The notes beneath the pieces were generated by a model. The model was not told the origin of the DNA, made no database searches, and saw only the letters and a program-made list of their open reading frames with translations. Positions 56,351 to 64,000 of a stretch of 64,000 bases of DNA are shown here, one piece after another. Origin of the DNA: Vicinamibacteria bacterium (lineage in GTDB: Bacteria > Acidobacteriota > Vicinamibacteria > Vicinamibacterales > CAVVIG01); assembly GCA_041485905.1 (NCBI GenBank), contig JBGPKK010000002.1, positions 4,484 through 68,483 of the forward strand. The letters are read 5' to 3'. Position numbers and translations under genes: made by a program. Numbering within the stretch: position 1 is the stretch's first letter; every line of letters starts with the position of its first letter.

Positions 56351-56965
56351 TCAAACTCCCGGAATGCAGCGTTTTTCCGGACCCACCTTCGCGCCGCCGA
56401 TGCGGCTGTCCGGCCGGTAAACGTCGTGGCAGTTCGAACACGTCTCGGTGAGCCGATCGCTGAGCTTGTTCACCGCGTCCTGGTTCTTGCTCTTGGCGGC
56501 GTTGTATTCCGCAAGCCCTGTTGCGCGGAGCGCCTGCGCGAACTTCACGAAATCCGGCTGGTTGAGCGGCACGGGCTTGCCATTCGAACACATGCGTCCG
56601 GGAATCAGGATGAGGTTGGCGAATTCCGCGATCGCGAGGCTGGCATTCTCGACGCCCTCCCATCCCTGATAGGTTCCGAGGTACGGACCGTTGGAGTCGG
56701 GCTTCTTCTTGGCGGGATCGGTATCCTGCACGTCGAAAATGATGTTCGAGTTCGGAAACGGGATGGCGCGCATGATCTGGGCAAGCGACCCGTGCGCCCG
56801 GGCGGTGGAACCACCCCGGGCTGGCGCGGCCGCCCCTCGGGCTGGTTGCGCGGCAGCGGCACCCCGGGCAGGCGCCTGAGCGGCCGCGACATTTTCGCCA
56901 GCGGCCAGAAAGGCGGCGACCCCGGCAGAGACAAGTAACGTGACAAGTACGCGACGGATTGTCAT
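56351..56965 (-). CDS. class-II (cytochrome c'-like) c-type cytochrome, secreted
   Basis: ATG at 56965 with GAGG upstream. Signal peptide, Ala/Gly/Arg-rich linker, and a single CSNCH heme motif close to the C-terminus, as in four-helix-bundle class II cytochromes. Confidence 0.6.
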   Translation of the reverse strand: MTIRRVLVTLLVSAGVAAFLAAGENVAAAQAPARGAAAAQPARGAAAPARGGSTARAHGSLAQIMRAIPFPNSNIIFDVQDTDPAKKKPDSNGPYLGTYQGWEGVENASLAIAEFANLILIPGRMCSNGKPVPLNQPDFVKFAQALRATGLAEYNAAKSKNQDAVNKLSDRLTETCSNCHDVYRPDSRIGGAKVGPEKRCIPGV

Positions 56966-57107
56966 CTTCGCACCTCTATCTAAGACCTTGGCGAGCGGAA
57001 CATGCATCAAGCGTTCTTATGAAACGCGAAGGCCATACTACTCAGGAGAGGGAGAGCGCCGCAAGCCACCACGGTAGGGCACGGCTTTCAAGGGGTGCCG
57101 ATGCGGG

Positions 57108-58814
57108 CTACCGGAGCGCGTAGACGAACAGTGCGCTGCCCGCGGCGATGGCGACGTGCTGGCGTCCGCCGACCGAGAACGACATCGGCGCTGCCGAGAC
57201 CGCGCCGCCCACGCTGGTCCTCCAGAGCAGCGCGCCGGTCCGCGCATCGAGCGCGAAGAAATATCCTTCGCGGCCGCCGGAAAAGAGCAGATCCGAAGCC
57301 GTGCTCAAGATGCCGCTGTCGGTGACGTCAGTCATCTTGAACTCCCACTTCTTCTCGCCCGTCTTCGGATCGAACGCCTGCACGGCGCCGTAGCCGTCTT
57401 CCGGCAGCCTCCGGTTGACCAGAGGCCCCGGCTGCAGGCTGCGCACTGGCATCACCGGCAGCGCTCCCGTGAAGCGCTGGCCTTCCGTGTACTCGACCGG
57501 GCGTCTGATGTAGGTCGAGTACGTATCCATCCAACTCGGGATATAGAAAAGTCCGGTCCTCGGGCTGAACGACGGTGAATACCAGTTCGTGCCGCCCTGG
57601 TTACCTGGAAAGATGATCGTGCCCTCGGCGGTTGGGCTGACCACGTTCTGCGGCCTCCCCTTGTCATCGACGCCGCTGGTCCAGGTCACCTTCACGAACG
57701 GTTTGCCGAGCAGGAACTGGCCATTCGTCCGATCGAGCACGTACCAGAGCCCGTTGCGGTTGGCCCACAGCATCGCCTTGCGCGCTCTGCCCTGCCATTG
57801 GATATCGGCGAGCACCGGCACCTGGACCGAGTCGTAGTCGAACTCGTCGTGCGGCGTGAACTGGAAGTGCCATTTCAACTGACCGGTGTCGGCATCGAGG
57901 GCGACGACCGATTCGCTGTACAAGTTGTCGCCGCCGCGCCGGTCGCCGTTCCAGTCCGGTCCCGGATTGCCGATCCCCCAGTACGTCAGGTTGAGATCGG
58001 GATCGTAGGAGCCAGTCACCCACACCGACGCTCCTCCGCTCTGCCATGAATTGCCCGCCCATGTGTCATGACCACGCTCGCCCGGTCCGGGAATGGTGTT
58101 GAAACGCCAGGCTTCCTTGCCGGTGCGGGCGTCAATCGCGGCGAGAAAGCCGCGGATGCCGTACTCGCCGCCGACGGAACCGACGATCACCTTATCCTTG
58201 ACGACCAGCGGCGCCACTGTGAAGCCGTAGCCCGCTTCCGGCCGCGCGCCGCCGACGGCGACGTTCCATACGAGCCCGCCGGTCTTCGCATCGATTGCCA
58301 GCAGGTGGCCGTCGATCGTGCCCATGAAGAGCGTGGTGCCGAGGATCGCGAGCCCGCGGTTGACGCGGCCGCAGCACGGCCGCGCCAGCGTCGACGGTGC
58401 GTACGGATACGTCCAGAACACTCGTCCCGTCGCCGCGTCGAGCGCCACCAGATCGTTCGGCGCCTGGACGGTGTACATGATGCCGTCCACCACCAGCGGC
58501 GTCGCCTCGAACTTCTCCAGTGACTGCGCCTGGAACACCCAGCGCAGCTCGAGGTTCTTGACGTTGGCCGGCGTGATCTCCGCGAGTTGGCTGTAGCGCT
58601 GGCTCATCACGCCGCCCGAATAGGTCAGCCAGTTCTGCGGCTCGGCGGCAGCACGAAGGATGCGATCGAAGGACACTTGTGCATGCAAGCCGGCTACTAC
58701 GGATCCAAGAATCGCCAGATACAAGCCGACACGAAAGCACGAAGCCACGAAGGCTCTCTTGAAGGATGACGTTTCGTGTTTTCGTGTTGTCGCGGCAAAA
58801 CCCTGTTCGATCAT
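57108..58814 (-). CDS. XoxF-like PQQ-dependent methanol/ethanol-family dehydrogenase (PQQ-5)
   Basis: 568 aa. Vicinal disulfide motif RPCCGRVN. Active-site TPHDEFDYDSV (D-Y-D at 57831-57839). ATGA overlap with the upstream cytochrome gene. Confidence 0.9.
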   Translation of the reverse strand: MIEQGFAATTRKHETSSFKRAFVASCFRVGLYLAILGSVVAGLHAQVSFDRILRAAAEPQNWLTYSGGVMSQRYSQLAEITPANVKNLELRWVFQAQSLEKFEATPLVVDGIMYTVQAPNDLVALDAATGRVFWTYPYAPSTLARPCCGRVNRGLAILGTTLFMGTIDGHLLAIDAKTGGLVWNVAVGGARPEAGYGFTVAPLVVKDKVIVGSVGGEYGIRGFLAAIDARTGKEAWRFNTIPGPGERGHDTWAGNSWQSGGASVWVTGSYDPDLNLTYWGIGNPGPDWNGDRRGGDNLYSESVVALDADTGQLKWHFQFTPHDEFDYDSVQVPVLADIQWQGRARKAMLWANRNGLWYVLDRTNGQFLLGKPFVKVTWTSGVDDKGRPQNVVSPTAEGTIIFPGNQGGTNWYSPSFSPRTGLFYIPSWMDTYSTYIRRPVEYTEGQRFTGALPVMPVRSLQPGPLVNRRLPEDGYGAVQAFDPKTGEKKWEFKMTDVTDSGILSTASDLLFSGGREGYFFALDARTGALLWRTSVGGAVSAAPMSFSVGGRQHVAIAAGSALFVYALR

Positions 58815-59566
58815 GGGCGACCTCGCAAAGAAGCCAGGTAGCTGACGACATCCGCCAGCTCCTGGGCGTTCAACTTGTCTCGATACGACGGCATCGGTGA
58901 ACTCTTGAGCACAGCGTACTCCCGCAGGGTCGCCTTCTCGAGCAACATCAGCCGCTCGCTCGAGTCGATCAACTGCAGGGTGAATGTGTCCTGATTGAGC
59001 AGTCGACCGGTGATCGTGTTGCCGTCCCGGGTCACGGCGCGGACGCTGCGATTCTCCGGGCGAATGTCGGCGTCGGGATCAAGGAGCGAGCGTTGCAGCT
59101 CCGCGCCCGGACGAAATGCGCCGATCTCTGTGAGCGCGGGCCCGGTGCGCCCGCCGATCCCGCTCACGCTGTGGCAGGTGAGGCACTGGCCCTTGCCGTC
59201 GAACACCGCCTTGCCGCGGCCGGCGTCACCGCCCGCCGGCACGCCGCCACTCGCCAGCGACCGCACGTACGCCACGATCGTCGCCGCCTGCCCGTCCGAA
59301 AAACTGCTCGGCGGCATCGGTGTATTCGGAATGCCCCGCATGATGACCCGGACGAGGTCATCGTCCGACGTCGAGCGCCGGAACTGCCCCTTGCTGAAGT
59401 TCACGCCGCCGACCCAGTCGCCTTCCGGGCCGTGGCAACCCGTGCAGCTCGACGTAAACAGTCGACCGCCCGCTTCGATTTCCACGGGAACGTAGCGCTG
59501 CTGGGCGACGAGCGCCCCACCCGCGCAGCACGCCACCAACGCAAAGACGCCTGTGATCGTTCGCAT
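58811..59566 (-). CDS. di-heme c-type cytochrome (second domain of the Pirellula/Verrucomicrobium heme-binding type)
   Basis: ATG at 59566 (MRTITGVFALVACCAGG). CTGCHGPEG and CLTCHSVSG motifs. The tail ...GPALTEIG...DGNTITGRL...KSSPMPSYRDKLNAQELADVVSYL resembles the TIGR02603-type domain. Confidence 0.8.
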   Translation of the reverse strand: MRTITGVFALVACCAGGALVAQQRYVPVEIEAGGRLFTSSCTGCHGPEGDWVGGVNFSKGQFRRSTSDDDLVRVIMRGIPNTPMPPSSFSDGQAATIVAYVRSLASGGVPAGGDAGRGKAVFDGKGQCLTCHSVSGIGGRTGPALTEIGAFRPGAELQRSLLDPDADIRPENRSVRAVTRDGNTITGRLLNQDTFTLQLIDSSERLMLLEKATLREYAVLKSSPMPSYRDKLNAQELADVVSYLASLRGRP

Positions 59567-59613
59567 GAAGAACTTCCCCACTTCCCTTGACTTCACTCTT
59601 GCCCTCTGCCCTT

Positions 59614-61164
59614 TCACTTGCAGGTATAGCTCTCGGGGTCCTCAGTGTTCCCGCTGCCTTTGTACATCGCCACCATCGGGTACTGGCAGACCAGGCGCTT
59701 GCCGACTTCCATGCTGTTCTTGTAGTGCGACACGATGAGCGTGTCCGGGGCCTTGCCGGTCTTCTTCCATTCCTCAATCGTGGCAAGGGCGTCGAAGTTC
59801 ATGTTCTCGGCGCCGTTGGTGCCCGGGCCGTGTCCCATCGCGGGCACGACGAAGAATCGCATCGATTTCTTCACCGCGCTCGCGCCGGTCCTGGCGACGA
59901 CGTTCTTGTAGTAGTTGATGGAAACCTTCGGCGGCACCGCGGTGTCGGCCCAGCCGTCCACGAGGAGCAGCTTGCCGCCGCGCGCGAAGAATTTCTTGAG
60001 ATCCGGGTCGACGGCATTGACCGGTTGGATGTCCGGCTTGTCCGCCAGCGCCACGTCCTTGTCGAAATCGATCGGCCGTGTCTTGTAATCCCAGTTCGGA
60101 TCCTTGAACACGAAGTACTTGAAGAACTCCACCGGAATGCCGAGCGGCGCGTCGCCGCCGGCCAGCTGCGCCCAGCCGAGCTCGCTACCCGGATACATCG
60201 GCGAGTACAGCTCCTGCCTGGTTCGGGGGTTGGTCGGTCCCGCGTAGATCTTGCGCGCCGCCTCGACCTGCGGTCCGGTGAGACAGCTCGGGTCCCCGGT
60301 TCCCTTGCACTGAATCACGCCGGGATCGAACTTGCAGTGCTCCACGTCACCGATGATCCCGTCCTTGAGGCCGTCCAACGCGTCGCACGCGTTGAGCGCC
60401 GCCTCGTGGAGGATTGGATATTTGTCCGGCGGGATGTAGCTCGCAGCATCCTTGTGCGTCGCCTGCCAGTACCACATCTGGCCGAACGTGTGACGCGTCA
60501 GATACGACGACATGCCCGTCACGGCGACGACGTCGTAGTCCTCGGGGTACCGCTGCGCGGAACTGAGCGCCGCGATCGTGCCGCCGCCGCCTTCCGCGAT
60601 AACTGAATACGTCAGGACTTTGTCGTAATACGCCTTAATGAGCGCTTTCGCAGCGACGGTCATCTCGTGGGCGGCGCGATAGCCGAAGTCCATGATCTTT
60701 TCGGGATGATCGATCGCGTACCGCGAGTCGCCTTCGTGGCCGGTGTTGTTACCCGCCGTCGCGTATCCAAGCCGGACGCCGTTGGCCAGCGCGCCCGCGC
60801 CCACGGCGGCGCCTCCGCCCAGACCTCCGTTACCGGTGCCGCGAAGCTTGCCGTTCCAGCTCGCAGCTACGGGCATCCACAGTTCGATCTTGATGTCGGA
60901 GTCGCCCGAGGGCTTCAACGTCGCCTGCACGCGGCAGAAAGCCGGAAGGTCGTTGAACTGCTGGCCCCTGCCACCGGCTCCCCCGCGCGCGGGCGCCGGA
61001 GGTGGCGTAAACGCTCCGGCCGCGACCGGCTGCGCCAGCGTCATCGTCGTATTCGGCAACGAGAGCATCGTCAGATTCTGGCAGGTGGTCGCAGCCGCGG
61101 ACGGCGGCGCCGTGACGGCCAACGCCGTGAAAGCGACCGTGGCGACGACAGACTTACGGAACAT
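59614..61164 (-). CDS. tannase/feruloyl-esterase-family protein lacking the catalytic Ser and both motif cysteines (paralogue T1)
   Basis: ATG at 61164 (MFRKSVVATVAF...TTCQNLTMLSLPNTT). AEGGGG (60580-60597) aligns to the GCSTGG of the neighbour, and GHG aligns to its GHC. Confidence 0.85.
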   Translation of the reverse strand: MFRKSVVATVAFTALAVTAPPSAAATTCQNLTMLSLPNTTMTLAQPVAAGAFTPPPAPARGGAGGRGQQFNDLPAFCRVQATLKPSGDSDIKIELWMPVAASWNGKLRGTGNGGLGGGAAVGAGALANGVRLGYATAGNNTGHEGDSRYAIDHPEKIMDFGYRAAHEMTVAAKALIKAYYDKVLTYSVIAEGGGGTIAALSSAQRYPEDYDVVAVTGMSSYLTRHTFGQMWYWQATHKDAASYIPPDKYPILHEAALNACDALDGLKDGIIGDVEHCKFDPGVIQCKGTGDPSCLTGPQVEAARKIYAGPTNPRTRQELYSPMYPGSELGWAQLAGGDAPLGIPVEFFKYFVFKDPNWDYKTRPIDFDKDVALADKPDIQPVNAVDPDLKKFFARGGKLLLVDGWADTAVPPKVSINYYKNVVARTGASAVKKSMRFFVVPAMGHGPGTNGAENMNFDALATIEEWKKTGKAPDTLIVSHYKNSMEVGKRLVCQYPMVAMYKGSGNTEDPESYTCK

Positions 61165-61165
61165 C

Positions 61166-62755
61166 CTATCGCTCCTTACACACAAAGTTGGCGGCCTCGT
61201 TGATACTTCCGCTTCCTTTGTACGTCGCCACCTGCGGGTACGGGCAGAGCGGACGCGTGCGGTCGACTGCGCCGTCTTTCAGACGCGACGCGCTGATCTG
61301 CGCAGGCGCCTTTCCGTTTTCCACCCATTGGTCCAGCGCGCTCAGCATGTCAAACGTACTGGTCCCGTCGCCGCCGCCGCAGTGGCCCATGCCGGGCACC
61401 ATGAACAGACGGACAGAATCGCGCACGTCCTTCACCGTCGTCTTCGCCACCACGTTCTTGTAGTAGTCCACGATGTAGCCGGGAGGAATGCCGGGATCGC
61501 TCCATCCCGCGTACATGAGCAGCTTCCCGTGCCGCAGCAGCTTCGTCAGATCGGGATCGATCGCCGTCAGCTGGCCAACGACCTTGTCGGCTTTCGCGAT
61601 ATCACTGTCATAATTGAGCGTCAGTGGATCCCATTTCGGGTCCTTGAACACGACATACCGGTAGACATCAAGGGCGTAACCGACCGGTTGCGCGCCGGCC
61701 GATGCGGCCCAGCCCATCTCGCTTCCAGGGAACAGCGGCGAAAAGATCTGTTCGCCGGTGCGCGGGTTCCTGGCGCCGGCGTAAATCTTCCGCGCCGCTT
61801 CGACCTGCGAGGCGGTCAGGCAGCCCGGTCCGTCTGCATCCTTGCACTGCACGACTTTCGGATCGAACTTGCAGCGGGTCGGATCTTCGAGCACACCGTC
61901 CTTCACGCCGTCCAGAGCGTCGCAGGCGGCGACCGCCGCGTCGTGCAGCACGGTCAGCTTGTCCGGCGTGAGGTAGCCCGCCGCGTCTTTGTGGGTCGCC
62001 TGCCAGATCCAGATCTGCCCGGCAGACTGGCGCGATGCATAAATCGCCGGCGCGCCGGCGACGATGCCGTCGAAATCGTCGGGGAAGCGCTGTGCGGCGG
62101 TCAGCGCCTGCCGGCCGCCCGTCGAGCAGCCATTGAAGTAGGACGCCTTCGGACCGTTGCCGTAGAACGCCGCCAGGATCGCTTTGCTCTTCACCGCCGT
62201 CTCGTGAACCGCCCGGTCGGCGAAATCGGTCAGCCGCTCGGGATGATCGAGCATGAAACTGCCGCTGCCGCCCTCATGGCCCGTGTCGGTCGTGGCCGCC
62301 GCATACCCGCTGCGAAGCGCCGCGGCGAGACCGGCGGGAGCGATCGCTCCGGCAAATCCGCCGTTGCCGGGCAGGACGAACTTGCCGTTCCATCCCGAGG
62401 CGGGCATCCAGAGCTCGACCTTGATGTCGGAGTCGCTGCTCGGCTTCAGCGTCGCGCTGACGCGGCAGAAGGCCGGCAGATCGGCGAACTGCGCGCCGCG
62501 GCCGCCGGCTCTTCCCGGCGGTTGGCCGGCGCGGCCAGCCTCGGCCGGCGGTGCTGCGCCGCGCGCCCCACCGGCTCTCGCGGGCGGCGCGGGCGGAACA
62601 TACGCGCCGGCAGCCACCAACTGCGCGGATGTGATGGTCGCGTTCGGCAACGAGAGCATCGTCAGCTTCTCGCAGGTGGTCGCGGCGACGGCGGATTGAG
62701 CTCCGCCAACAAAAGACGCTGCCGCAAGCGTTGATAACCAGACGTTTCGGAACAT
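61166..62755 (-). CDS. tannase/feruloyl-esterase-family alpha/beta hydrolase (paralogue T2, motifs intact)
   Basis: 529 aa with a signal peptide. TTCEKLTMLSLPNAT. Nucleophile motif GCSTGG (62114-62131). PGMGHCGGG near the C-terminus. Confidence 0.85.
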   Translation of the reverse strand: MFRNVWLSTLAAASFVGGAQSAVAATTCEKLTMLSLPNATITSAQLVAAGAYVPPAPPARAGGARGAAPPAEAGRAGQPPGRAGGRGAQFADLPAFCRVSATLKPSSDSDIKVELWMPASGWNGKFVLPGNGGFAGAIAPAGLAAALRSGYAAATTDTGHEGGSGSFMLDHPERLTDFADRAVHETAVKSKAILAAFYGNGPKASYFNGCSTGGRQALTAAQRFPDDFDGIVAGAPAIYASRQSAGQIWIWQATHKDAAGYLTPDKLTVLHDAAVAACDALDGVKDGVLEDPTRCKFDPKVVQCKDADGPGCLTASQVEAARKIYAGARNPRTGEQIFSPLFPGSEMGWAASAGAQPVGYALDVYRYVVFKDPKWDPLTLNYDSDIAKADKVVGQLTAIDPDLTKLLRHGKLLMYAGWSDPGIPPGYIVDYYKNVVAKTTVKDVRDSVRLFMVPGMGHCGGGDGTSTFDMLSALDQWVENGKAPAQISASRLKDGAVDRTRPLCPYPQVATYKGSGSINEAANFVCKER

Positions 62756-62770
62756 ATCGCTCTCCTCGCC

Positions 62771-62850
62771 GGCGGACCCAGCAGGGTCCGCCCTACGTAC
62801 TTCTCCTCCTGTGCACCGAAGACGCCTGAGGTCGGCGACGCCGACCGAGG
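62771..62850. repeat. REP-like hairpin plus CTACGTAC tail, followed by a second GC hairpin
   Basis: GGCGGACCC-AGCA-GGGTCCGCC (62771-92) followed by CTACGTAC (62793-800). GGTCGGCG-A-CGCCGACC (62830-46) with partially pairing flanks. Confidence 0.7.
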
Positions 62851-62914
62851 CCGTATTGTATGAAATTGCGGCAGCCGGTCACAGTAGAATGCCCGCGAGA
62901 CGAGGGAGGTTCCG

Positions 62915-64000
62915 ATGAAGCCGAATCGATGGCTGCGTATAGTTTCAGGCGCGGTGCTGGCCGCTGCCGGCGCGTTCGCGGCCCTTCACGCGCAGGCTGT
63001 TACAACATCGAAAGATGCCGACTGGCCGATGTACAACCGCGATCTGGCCGGCACGCGCTACTCCCCGTTGAAGCAGATCAACACCGGGAACGTGGCGAAC
63101 CTCGCTCGCGCGTGGTTGTACAAGTTGGGACGCGATCAGACTGCCGGCTCGCTGTCGGGCGGCTCGGAATTTACGCCGATTGTGGTGAACGGGGTTATGT
63201 ACGTTGCGGCATCCGATCACATCGCCGCGCTCGAACCGGAAACCGGCCGCGAGGTCTGGCGGTATCAGGTCACAAACGGCGTCCCCTCCCGTCGCGGCGT
63301 CGCGCATTGGCCGGGAGATGCAAGCCATCCGCCGCACATCGTGTTCACGTCAGAGCGCCGGCTGATCGCGCTGACGGCGCGCGCGGGCGAACCGGTCGCC
63401 GGCTTTGGACAGGACGGCGAAGTGAACATGGGAGCGCCGTACAACTCGGCGCCGACTGTCTATAAGAACCTGCTGATCGTCGGCACGAACGGCTCGCCCG
63501 GGGGCGTGCGGGCGTTCGATGCGCGGACCGGCGCCAGGGTGTGGGAATTCAACTCCGTCGCGCAACCTGGCGATCCCGCCAACAAGACATGGGAGGCCGA
63601 CAGCTGGAAGAATCGCTCCGGCACCTACAGTTGGGCGTTCTCCCAGACCCTCGATGCGGAGCGTGGCCTTCTCTACGTCGCGGTCGAGGCGCCGGGACCA
63701 AACGATTACTGGGGTGGCGATCGACACGGCGACGATCTGTACGGCAACTCCCTGGTCGCCCTCGATGCCGACACCGGAAAGCTGAAGTGGTACTTCCAGG
63801 CGGTCCATCACGATCTCTGGGACTACGATGTGCCGTCGCCGCCGGCGCTGCTCGACGTCACCGTGAACGGGACGCGCACGCCGATCCTCGCGCTCGCCGC
63901 CAAGACCGGCTACATGTACATTCTCGATCGCGTCACCGGCAAGCCGGTCTTCGGCATCGAGGAGCGAGGGGTGCCTCCGAGCGGCGCGCCCGGCGAGAAG
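62915..64000 (+). CDS. PQQ-dependent dehydrogenase, glucose/quinate/shikimate family (PQQ-6), 3' end outside window
   Basis: ATG at 62915 after GGGAGG. Signal peptide MKPNRWLRIVSGAVLAAAGAFAALHA. DWPMYNRDLAGTRYSPL and HHDLWDYDVPS motifs. The frame stays open to the end of the window, so it is absent from the ORF track. Confidence 0.85.
   Translation, partial: MKPNRWLRIVSGAVLAAAGAFAALHAQAVTTSKDADWPMYNRDLAGTRYSPLKQINTGNVANLARAWLYKLGRDQTAGSLSGGSEFTPIVVNGVMYVAASDHIAALEPETGREVWRYQVTNGVPSRRGVAHWPGDASHPPHIVFTSERRLIALTARAGEPVAGFGQDGEVNMGAPYNSAPTVYKNLLIVGTNGSPGGVRAFDARTGARVWEFNSVAQPGDPANKTWEADSWKNRSGTYSWAFSQTLDAERGLLYVAVEAPGPNDYWGGDRHGDDLYGNSLVALDADTGKLKWYFQAVHHDLWDYDVPSPPALLDVTVNGTRTPILALAAKTGYMYILDRVTGKPVFGIEERGVPPSGAPGEK

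Noticed and set aside
56966-57107. Small ORF, sRNA or terminator in the 142-nt spacer between PQQ-5 and the cytochrome c'-like gene.
   Set aside because: Only short 5-bp stems (GCGTT/AACGC, GGCAC/GTGCC) and no U-tract. There is no ORF with an SD. The evidence is insufficient.

Overview
This is a high-GC chromosomal segment (about two-thirds G+C by eye). It most likely comes from an Acidobacteriota-like soil bacterium. The clues are a TIGR03435-type protein, orphan MacB-type ABC ATPases, a Ser/Thr kinase fused to a TolB-like propeller, and many PQQ propeller enzymes.

Layout:
- 1-13.5 kb: housekeeping genes (dut, tRNA-Pro, der, IHF/HU, M50 protease, priA, family-4 UDG, coaBC, rpoZ, gmk, yicC, MsbA-like exporter).
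- 13.4-25.1 kb: nucleotide-sugar and exopolysaccharide locus (galE, ugd, four GT4, one GT2, a priming phosphotransferase, UDP-xylose synthase). A zinc-ribbon/TM/trypsin-like protease sits inside it, and a membrane MutS-like ATPase is translationally coupled to its 3' end.
- 27-42 kb: mixed genes (M1 aminopeptidase, ettA, dinB, cyclophilin, pgsA, TPR/SLH lipoprotein, hflX, tsaC, Ser/Thr kinase).
- 42.4-64 kb: redox island with six PQQ-dependent dehydrogenases, five c-type cytochrome domains, a CHRD protein, two tannase/feruloyl-esterase paralogues and an M16 peptidase.

I saw no rRNA, CRISPR array, transposase, integrase or phage genes. There is one tRNA.

Most interesting observations:
1. An uncharacterised 4-TM membrane protein family occurs twice as adjacent pairs. 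One pair is embedded in a cytochrome c / XoxF-like operon.
2. Four ADH-type PQQ enzymes all carry the D-x-D lanthanide-type signature. One has an N-terminal cytochrome c fusion.
3. There are two classes of short repeat. One is a hairpin plus a CTACGTAC tail. The other is a set of unit-built low-complexity palindromes. Members of both classes reach into coding sequence.
4. In the tannase tandem pair, one copy has lost the CS-D-HC catalytic residues.
5. Several gene fossils are present.

All family calls come from motif recognition by eye. No database searches or alignments were run.
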